Positions 58,901-64,000 of a stretch of 64,000 nucleotides of DNA are shown piece by piece; positions within the stretch are counted from its first letter, which is position 1; every line of letters starts with the position of its first letter. The position numbers were made by a program, and so were the translations under genes. The stretch covers positions 2,306 to 66,305 of the forward strand of contig CAZRWL010000001.1 in the NCBI GenBank assembly GCA_964603935.1, read 5' to 3'. Origin of the DNA: an uncultured Gammaproteobacteria bacterium (GTDB taxonomy: Bacteria; Patescibacteriota; Microgenomatia; Levybacterales; UBA12049). Under the pieces are notes generated by a model. The model was not told where the DNA came from. It saw only the letters and a list, made by a program, of their open reading frames with translations, and did no database searches.

Positions 58901-59304
58901 TCCTGAACTGCCGGCTGCTCCTCTTGGGTTAAACCGGTTTCTGCGGATGGTGTTGGAGTTTGGGTTGGAGCTATTGCTTGAGGATCTGAAGGAATTACAT
59001 CGGTATTGTCAGGAACAGGAGTTGTGTCTAAAACAGGAGCAGTATCTGAAGCTGGAACTGGAACTGGAACTGGAGTTTCCGACGGAGCAACTTCTGGTGT
59101 TAAATTACCTGTTGGTAAAGTCGCTGGCTCAGGGTTTGGGTTAACAACCGGAATATTAGTATCCGCAACTGCTTCCTGAGCAAACGCAGTGTAAGTAAGC
59201 GTACCGGGCAAAACCAAATTAGCAATCAGCGAAAAGATGATTAATCTGAAAAATAATTTTTGCAAGAACTTTATTTTCATTTTGTATAACGCCCTTAGAA
59301 ACAT
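52954..59304 (-). CDS. Giant surface protein: lamin-tail domain, duplicated ~240-aa unknown domain, 7 DUF5011-like Ig repeats, SdrD-B, FN3, C-terminal TM
   Basis: VLINEIMPNP..EWVELFN (LTD); APVITLxG repeats; VTGTVFDDLNANG (SdrD-B); YTVSDLSSGTPYYFRI (FN3). Confidence 0.88.
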   Translation of the reverse strand: MFLRALYKMKIKFLQKLFFRLIIFSLIANLVLPGTLTYTAFAQEAVADTNIPVVNPNPEPATLPTGNLTPEVAPSETPVPVPVPASDTAPVLDTTPVPDNTDVIPSDPQAIAPTQTPTPSAETGLTQEEQPAVQEPTATPQEILGTETEEIPSENVSPDAAIDLTPSQTAESSANPLWSVLDANSWGTTENVELNKEYAAPQNDKVKIAFTKLPDSSGKLTIKEIKLTQEQKEQTKALSDTAYDITSTMTDGTFAYDLTLPLPENVQSENVEIKSAENIDQLNSAQKVEEPKEEKSPDTITIKGLNHFTVFVVTAPAPDTIQRVLINEIMPNPASGAEWVELFNNSTSPVDLANGTGWMINNSANNPQNLSALGTVAAAGRVVFEAPAGWLSNVAPETISLSNELGSTVDTVTVSLTSPGFAIDHYPLVGESVGRKTDGVSEWAIFTAPTKGTANVIPAPTDRLVEVGPIAPAGGLIAGFPIWYKDSNGLALDLMEAADGFGISDPVDPANPFSQTVGFNAEGFWWSAEAGIDRPIGTRTILVLALEAAFAGEEAVDGEQSVQNRVRYRIDGLVPGETYTITHPFGSVDEVADEVGVINVTDDIGCFAGGGVTCNQAAAPNFSTPLNGQVGPFLTWTTFNADPNLTDPQLTNAANPSRRYVGNPAIEHEVTGSPTNNNIFRVEGPNVGGEGIDSIETELFAVSGRLADAGAPVITLFGNSSVNVLQNTTYIDAGATALDDLDGNLTGSIVVTGLPVDTATLGAKTVTYTVTDSTGHTAAVTRTVNIVVAGGAVDTTAPIITLLGINTVSVVVGTPYIDAGATALDDVDGNITGSIVTAGLPIDTSAIGTFTVTYNVSDSAGNPAAPATRTVNVTSDITAPVITLLGADPVNVFVGAAYNDAGATAIDNVDGDITASIVTTGLPINTTIVGANTVTYTVADAAGNTAVKTRTVNVADTLPGGLVEVGPVAPAGGLIAGFPIWYKDSNGLALDLMEATDGFGISDPVDPENPFSEQIGFGAEGFWWSAEAAIDNGTQTALIVLAVEAAFAGEDAVDGEQSVQNRLRYRLTGLVPGETYTIHHPYGNVDEVADEVGVINVTDDIGCFAGGGVTCDQIATPNFSTALNGQVGPYLTWDTFSANSSLTDPLLVNAANPGRRYVGNPGIEHTVIGSPIGQNSFSVTGPGLSNFTTDLFAVSGRLADTQAPVITLNGVNPVEVAQNSVYVDAGATATDDFDGIVTVTTTGLPVDTSIVGAKTVTYSATDRSGNTATATRTVNVTGIDTTAPVITLLGANSVNVVAGIPYIDAGATALDNVDGNITANIVTVNPVNTAVIGTYTVTYNVSDAAGNAATQVTRTVNVVADTVAPVITITGANSVNILIGTVYTDAGATALDNVDGDITAGIVTTGLPIDTSAVGIFTVVYNVSDAAGNAATAVTRTVNVVAAAPVADVTAPVITLLGANSVNILIGTVYTDAGATALDNIDGDLTLAIATTGLPISTIVPGTFTVTYNVSDSAGNAATPVTRTVNVTAIPVPATGTITIIENTIPNGAQDFGFRLRITENGSFDERFSLDDDGNSLNELSNVRVFSDIAQGSYELREDSASNWILNISCIDSDNGTTVDAGARMATVDLDAGENIICTLTNSLRQSVTGTVFDDLNANGIKDMGETGISGWIVFSDTNNNGILDSGEISVITDANGEYQFADFTDGTYDIRELVQSNWEQTSPSGSKHAIAIANNSASINNDFGNAQIFNIGNQGRFVSTGGASGGTTSVVSRGESTITVEGNGGTSAIIIPDGTIITRVDGTPFDMSLLASSIPAASSILGLENAVVDGVLQWGIPNISLSFNPAITLNIFVGTSLDGQTLDIQRSVSGVSGWTNDGIAAPATCVIASGICSFQTTKASFYAVSHAAPVPAATPTSAPVVTASSQSSNNASFTSVSSSSACSDAKPASLPILLSAVTTNASDEVTLTWAKANDPVTHYLLVYGLSSGSMQFGNTNIGDKNATSYTVSDLSSGTPYYFRIQAINNCMPGDFSNELSVVPGSASTSEFNQTVLGTTQSEEDKQGTQVQESGVLSLPSPKDVEKFILGILKNWPVQMLLVLTVLGLSYYRLSYRKLK
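55705..57915 (-). repeat. Intragenic duplication (copies ~57181-57915 and ~55705-56421)
   Basis: Long near-identical nucleotide tracts, e.g. ~57779-57896 vs ~56285-56402. Confidence 0.85.
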
Positions 59305-59374
59305 AAAACTATCACAGCATATCGCGGCAGAGTAAGAACGAAATGATTAGACGGTAAAAGTTTTGTAAGAAGTT

Positions 59375-60586
59375 TTAATTAAGGCTTGTGATTTTTGGGG
59401 CAAAATTTGAAGGTGTAAGATTATCTTTCTTTAACTTCAGAACAAAAACTAATCCTTTCGGCTTGTTATTTCTAACCTTTATTTCACCATCATACCTTTT
59501 CAGAGTTTTCTCTACTATATATAACCCCAAACCCGTGTGGCCTGTTTTACCATATACAAATCCTTCTTTGAAAAGATTGTTTTTTACAGAGTCCGGAATT
59601 CCTATTCCGTAATCAGCGATACTCACCTCAACAGCGTCCTTCATATTCTTTATCTCAATGTCTATTCTCTTTGTCCTGCCATGAGAAGAAGCATTTCGAA
59701 TAATATTTTCTATCACTGATGTTATCGCCTGATCTGCCAAAACCACCCCGCTGCCTTTTATCTCAAATTTAATTGCCGGAAAATATGAGCAAATTTCCTC
59801 TACTACTTCCCGCAATTTGTAAGGAACTAATGGTTCTCCTGTTGAAACAGCGCGCTCAAGAGACCCTATCTGCTGGATCAAATGCGCGCTGCGGTCAACA
59901 GCGGCATGCATATTCTTAAGCGTTTTTTCTTTTCTCTTTCCTTCCGTATAAAGTTGCATATTCCCCTTGACAACAGTCAGATTATTCAAAACATCATGTC
60001 TGAGAATTTTATTCAGGAGCCTTAAAACATCATTCAGTTCATTAACTTTCGCCTCTGCTTTGATCTTGGCTTTCAGAGCCCGGCTAAGCTCATGAATATT
60101 AATCTCCTGCTCAGCCCATGCGCTAAAACTCTTCAGCAGTAACTCTTCTTCTTTATTCAAATAACGGGGCTTGTAATCTTTTATGCAGAAAGCTCCTATT
60201 CTCCTGCCGTCTGCTGCTCTAAGCGGCACTCCCGCATAAAATCTAATATACGGCTTACCAATTACCATTGGATTTCCTGCAAATTTTGAGTCTTTTTTTG
60301 CATCAGGTATAATGAAGGTGTCGTCAGCAAGCATGGCGTGTCCGCAAAAAGAGATGGCTCTTTTTCCCTCCCGATTGAGCAAACCCTGACATGATTTAAA
60401 CCATTCTCTGTGGGAATCTACCAAAGTAACTGTTGATATCGGCACTTTAAATAAAGAAAGAGCCAGTCTGGTAATGCGATCGAATCTTTCTTCCGGAGGC
60501 GTATCCAATATTTGCAGCGCGCTTAAAGATTCAAGGCGTTTTTCTTCATCGGGCGGTATTGGCGCTTTTTGATAAGACGGTTGCAT
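59375..60586 (-). CDS. GAF-domain sensor histidine kinase
   Basis: DTPPEERFDRIT..SFCGHA..IRFYAGVPL (GAF); RHDVLN (H-box); DYGIGIP, TGLGLY. Confidence 0.92.
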   Translation of the reverse strand: MQPSYQKAPIPPDEEKRLESLSALQILDTPPEERFDRITRLALSLFKVPISTVTLVDSHREWFKSCQGLLNREGKRAISFCGHAMLADDTFIIPDAKKDSKFAGNPMVIGKPYIRFYAGVPLRAADGRRIGAFCIKDYKPRYLNKEEELLLKSFSAWAEQEINIHELSRALKAKIKAEAKVNELNDVLRLLNKILRHDVLNNLTVVKGNMQLYTEGKRKEKTLKNMHAAVDRSAHLIQQIGSLERAVSTGEPLVPYKLREVVEEICSYFPAIKFEIKGSGVVLADQAITSVIENIIRNASSHGRTKRIDIEIKNMKDAVEVSIADYGIGIPDSVKNNLFKEGFVYGKTGHTGLGLYIVEKTLKRYDGEIKVRNNKPKGLVFVLKLKKDNLTPSNFAPKITSLN

Positions 60587-60623
60587 TATAATCTGAAGTA
60601 TACCACAAACTGCCGCAATTTCC

Positions 60624-61241
60624 CTAGAAGCCTAATTTCTCTTTGACTAAAATTATTGTAATTCTGCCTTGCGTAATTTCTTTGTTGACTATCAAGATTT
60701 TGTTAACCGCGCTTCCCGGCACCCCATAAGCTTTTTTGGCTCTTTCACTTTCCAAGGGAAGAGTGTGCTCGTAAATGCGTCTTATGCCTTCATCTGTGTT
60801 TTTAACAACTTTTTGAGATCCGACTACCCAGATGACGCGCCCTGCGGCATAAGCGTATGCCGGCAATTGACTGCCTGTATTGGAAGCAATTAAGACATGT
60901 CCGTCTTGGGTAACAGCGTGCGCGCTTCCGATGGCAAATTGGGGCGCTGCGCCCAGACGATTCATTTCCTGCGCCTCGGTTTTTCTATCCATTGCATAAA
61001 GCCTGTCTCTGACCGGCTTGAACTTTCCATCCGGTTTATTTATTTCCTCTGATAATCCAATAGCATCCAAGGTCACGGAAGTCATTGTCATAACTTCACT
61101 TCCCTGCGGAATAAGCTCCAAGACTTTTTCTTTGGCTTTTTTACCGCTGTCAACAGTTAACGCTTCTATTCCATTTTGCTGCAAAGCCTGTATGGTATTT
61201 TGTATTGTTTGCGCGCTGGCTAATTTATCCCAGTTAGTCAT
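60624..61241 (-). CDS. LUD-domain (lactate utilization-like) protein
   Basis: SAHAVTQDG..ASNTGSQL..VIWVVGSQKVV. Confidence 0.82.
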   Translation of the reverse strand: MTNWDKLASAQTIQNTIQALQQNGIEALTVDSGKKAKEKVLELIPQGSEVMTMTSVTLDAIGLSEEINKPDGKFKPVRDRLYAMDRKTEAQEMNRLGAAPQFAIGSAHAVTQDGHVLIASNTGSQLPAYAYAAGRVIWVVGSQKVVKNTDEGIRRIYEHTLPLESERAKKAYGVPGSAVNKILIVNKEITQGRITIILVKEKLGF

Positions 61242-61243
61242 AA

Positions 61244-61516
61244 TTAAGCAACTATTTTACTTATATCTATGCCAAGATTTTTTAGATATTTTTTATCTAC
61301 GCTGTAAAAATGGCTTGCCCCCTCTTTTCTGGCTTTTAATATATTTGCGTTAGAAAGTTTTCCGAAATGATGGGAAAGAGTCGGCTGGGAAAGAGGAAAT
61401 TTACTCAAAAGCTTTTTGCAGGAAAGTTCCTTTCCGTTATTTAAGATGTATTTAACAATATTTATTCTGGTTGTATCGGAAAGGGCTTTGAACAATTTAA
61501 CGACTTGTTTTTTCAT
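61244..61516 (-). CDS. ArsR/SmtB-family transcriptional regulator
   Basis: FKALSDTTRINI..SQPTLSHH. Confidence 0.92.
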   Translation of the reverse strand: MKKQVVKLFKALSDTTRINIVKYILNNGKELSCKKLLSKFPLSQPTLSHHFGKLSNANILKARKEGASHFYSVDKKYLKNLGIDISKIVA

Positions 61517-61530
61517 GATTTAATTATAGA

Positions 61531-61576
61531 AATATTTGAATAATTCAATATTACTACGCGGTTTAATTTTTGTCAA
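61531..61576 (-). promoter_or_regulatory. arsR promoter with inverted-repeat operator
   Basis: TTGACA (61571-61576), 17 nt, TAATAT (61548-61553); TTGAA-TAA-TTCAA inverted repeat within 61531-61552. Confidence 0.6.
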
Positions 61577-61580
61577 GAGG

Positions 61581-62009
61581 CTATGAGCGAATAAATTTAG
61601 TAAACTCTGCCCAGTCTTTTCCGAGATAGTGTTTCCTTAACTCTCCTGTTTGGACAAACCCCATTTTTTTATAAAATTCGATCTCTCCCCACTCTTTACC
61701 TGTTAACAGAAATAATTTATGCGCTCCTTTTTCTCTTGCTATCTTTTCTGCTTTTGACATCAAGGCTTTTCCTATGCCGCGTTCTCGATGCTCATGGGAA
61801 ACAATTATTGTTACTATTTCCATAACTCCGGCTTTTAATAAATAATGAAGCATTCCGACTGTTGTTTCATTTTCCAATACGCTAATATAGTTATTTTCCT
61901 CTTTCCATCTTCCGGATTTACCAAAATGTTTTTCATCCGCTATTACCCATTCTTTATCGCTGAAATTTTTCATCTCTAATGTTTTACGCTTGGTTATCCT
62001 AAATTTCAT
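61581..62009 (-). CDS. GNAT N-acetyltransferase
   Basis: VSHEHRERGIGKALM, FYKKMGF. Confidence 0.88.
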   Translation of the reverse strand: MKFRITKRKTLEMKNFSDKEWVIADEKHFGKSGRWKEENNYISVLENETTVGMLHYLLKAGVMEIVTIIVSHEHRERGIGKALMSKAEKIAREKGAHKLFLLTGKEWGEIEFYKKMGFVQTGELRKHYLGKDWAEFTKFIRS

Positions 62010-62045
62010 GAGGCTATTATAGCAAAACAGAGAATTAGAAGATAA

Positions 62046-62417
62046 CTATTTTTCATTCTTCCAGGGAGACATGAGCTGGAAGTAGTTGCCGTCAGGATCA
62101 GCCAAAGTTGCTATCCACATCCCTTCCATTTCACCCATTTCATAAGGCTCTTTTATTACCTTGGCGCCGGCTGATTTGATTCTTTCAAATTCTTCTTTCA
62201 CTTTTTCCGTTTCCAAATTAAGTATTATCCTTTGCGGCTCTTTTGCATTACCCTTAACCTCCGAATGCTCCCCGATAGTCAGATAGGTCTTGCCTATTTG
62301 CCATCCATACCAATTATCTTCCATCATGTCCGCTTTTTTACCGAAAACTTTTGCGTAAAGTTCTGCCAAAACTTTTGGCTGTCGTGAGCCTATCATTACA
62401 GAATTAAAATTCAGCAT
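62046..62417 (-). CDS. VOC/glyoxalase family protein
   Basis: AGAKVIKEP, DPDGNYFQL; strong SD AGGAGGT. Confidence 0.88.
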   Translation of the reverse strand: MLNFNSVMIGSRQPKVLAELYAKVFGKKADMMEDNWYGWQIGKTYLTIGEHSEVKGNAKEPQRIILNLETEKVKEEFERIKSAGAKVIKEPYEMGEMEGMWIATLADPDGNYFQLMSPWKNEK

Positions 62418-62569
62418 AATTTATTACCACCTCCTTTTCTGCGTGAAGGATATTTTAATTTTAGGAAAAATTCAGTGAGAATTATTACAAAAATGGAGAT
62501 TTTAGGCTTGTTCCTATAGTTAAAAACATTGCTCCTAAGGACATCGTAATAAAGTTAAGCATATCATGT

Positions 62570-63121
62570 TTAAGGGAAAAATAATCTTACGAGAACCGCT
62601 AGTCCATTCATAGAGACGTGTAACATTGTTGTCGTATAAAATGCTTTCCATTTTGACTCATCCTTTTTGATTAAATACACCCAAGATAACAATATACCTG
62701 CTGGGATAATAGTTAAAATTGCTAACAATTCTAAATGAATTAAGGCAAATATAATTGCGGATACAAGTATTAATAAAACCTTTTTCTTTGTAAATATTGA
62801 TAAGAATTGCATTGCGAAATTTTGAAAAATCATTGTTTCAAAAGGCGGGAAAATAACCATTGAAATTATTGCTAATTTGCCTAAGCTCATTGTTGTAGTA
62901 AAACTTTGGTCAACAAAGAAATTGTCAATTAAATTTAAGCCAACCCCAGAAATTAACCCAACCGGTATAAGAATAAATATTAACACAAGAACCGCTACGC
63001 CAATTTTTGCTATCAAACCCAAAAGGGTAAATTCAACTATTAATCTAAAGGTTGAATAATTTTTAGCGTTATCGAAATATTTTGTTATTAAATTTAGTAG
63101 CCTATTTAGAATTGTCTTCAT
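62570..63121 (-). CDS. CPBP (Abi/CAAX) intramembrane protease-like protein
   Basis: PPFETMIFQ, SAIIFALIH, HVSMN. Confidence 0.78.
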   Translation of the reverse strand: MKTILNRLLNLITKYFDNAKNYSTFRLIVEFTLLGLIAKIGVAVLVLIFILIPVGLISGVGLNLIDNFFVDQSFTTTMSLGKLAIISMVIFPPFETMIFQNFAMQFLSIFTKKKVLLILVSAIIFALIHLELLAILTIIPAGILLSWVYLIKKDESKWKAFYTTTMLHVSMNGLAVLVRLFFP

Positions 63122-63196
63122 ATATATTTTAACTTTGGCACATTAAGCGCCAACTGGCCTTCCAATATTAGCATGCTTCGAATTAAGTTTCAGAAA

Positions 63197-63457
63197 CTAT
63201 TTATTGAAGAATTCTTTTAGCATGGTTCTCAATGTGGTTTTGCCTTTTGTGGTTTTAAAATATTTTTCTCTCCTTTTTGCGTCTTTTATATCCCTATACG
63301 CTTCATAATGAATAAGCTCGAATGGCGCATAAGGTTTCGTGGAAAATTCCTCTTTATCGTTGTGTTGCAAAAATCTTTTCTTTAAGTCTGTTGTAAAACC
63401 CGTATAGATAAAATTACGACTGAGGCTTTTTAGGATGTATACGTAATAAAATTTCAT
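63197..63457 (-). CDS. Stand-alone small GIY-YIG nuclease
   Basis: YYVYIL..IYTGFTTDLKKR..QHN..A.RRE.YFK; start at 63457 or 63475. Confidence 0.9.
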   Translation of the reverse strand: MKFYYVYILKSLSRNFIYTGFTTDLKKRFLQHNDKEEFSTKPYAPFELIHYEAYRDIKDAKRREKYFKTTKGKTTLRTMLKEFFNK

Positions 63458-63570
63458 TGCTTGAGACAATGCCATGCGACATATCTCTTTGGGGACGTAC
63501 CAGTCGGTACATCCCTACCTCACCACTCATTGGCGAAGCGATGAACCCGAATGCAATGAGTGGTTCGTTG

Positions 63571-63850
63571 CTCCCCCGAGAGGACTCGGACCTCTAACCT
63601 TGTCCTTACAAAATTCCTTCTGTTACCAAAAGGTTTGGACTATCTCATCCCCCTACCATTTGATAGGGGATCGGGTATATAGTCTCTACACATTTACCAC
63701 ATTCAGTTTGCATGAACGTGGACTTAGCTCGGGATTACCCTTCGATAAACTCAGGGTTTCCCCGAATTAGCCCGATTTTTCATCCCAAATTACTTTGGGA
63801 AGCTGCGTTATGGTTCACAGGGACCTGCTCTACCATTGAGCTACAGGGGA
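63571..63850 (-). tRNA. tRNA-Asn(GUU) split by an intron (exons 63817-63850 and 63571-63608)
   Basis: Joined exons TCCCCTGTAGCTCAATGGTAGAGCAGGTCCCTGT^TAAGGACAAGGTTAGAGGTCCGAGTCCTCTCGGGGGAG fold into a cloverleaf with a GTT anticodon; no encoded CCA. Confidence 0.88.
63609..63816 (-). ncRNA. Group I self-splicing intron (208 nt) at anticodon position 35/36
   Basis: P1 CTGT/GCAG with U.G; P3 ATCGGG/CCCGAT; P7 GACTA/TAGTC within AGAGACTA and GAGATAGTCC; P9 CCTTTTG-GTAA-CAGAAGG; terminal G. Confidence 0.88.
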
Positions 63851-64000
63851 ACGAAACAAATTAAAAATTAAAAGTGCAAAATGAAAAATTAATTTCTGGT
63901 TAAGATTTTATCATTAATGACATCTGAAATCCAGCCCTCAACCTTTCTAGTCAGGATGTAATTGAAGAGTATTCAAAGTGTATTTGTATCGTTGACTAGA

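Noticed and set aside
45708-59144. Many ORFs overlapping the two giant genes
   Set aside because: Antisense or alternate-frame shadows expected from biased codon usage; no independent signals.
44485-63571. Integrative element or prophage at tRNA-Asn
   Set aside because: No integrase or phage genes, and I found no duplicated tRNA 3' end; accessory character only.
63474-63770. 98-aa plus-strand ORF
   Set aside because: Antisense to the tRNA exon and intron; no homing-endonuclease motifs.
63889-64000. Possible 3' end of a minus-strand gene at the window edge
   Set aside because: The best frame contains an internal TGA and is too short to judge. TGA serves as a normal stop elsewhere in the window, so there is no evidence of recoding.

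Overview
AT-rich chromosomal segment of a small-genome bacterium. Gene content, very short intergenic spacers and promoters set directly against start codons suggest Patescibacteria/CPR, probably Microgenomates (inference; standard code 11). Positions 1-44 kb hold housekeeping and envelope genes: hrcA, metG, tatD, groES/EL, lepA, murJ, rpsT, pilN/O-like, tpiA, pcrA, femAB-like, several GT-C glycosyltransferases, a sodN-sodX Ni-SOD pair, NDH-2 and a pentose-phosphate/aldolase cluster. Positions 44-64 kb form an accessory block: an OmpR-type regulator, two giant membrane-anchored surface proteins, a GAF histidine kinase, small stress genes, a stand-alone GIY-YIG nuclease and a tRNA-Asn(GUU) split by a group I intron. 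Top observations: (1) a circularly permuted animal-type haem peroxidase (C-half, RTX repeats, then N-half), apparently inserted inside an Ig domain of the 2483-aa surface protein; (2) many small palindromic elements and 7-nt tandem arrays inserted in frame into housekeeping genes; (3) a TrpR/YerC-like gene bracketed by two co-varying perfect palindromes; (4) the anticodon-interrupting group I intron. All calls come from reading motifs by eye; no database searches were run.
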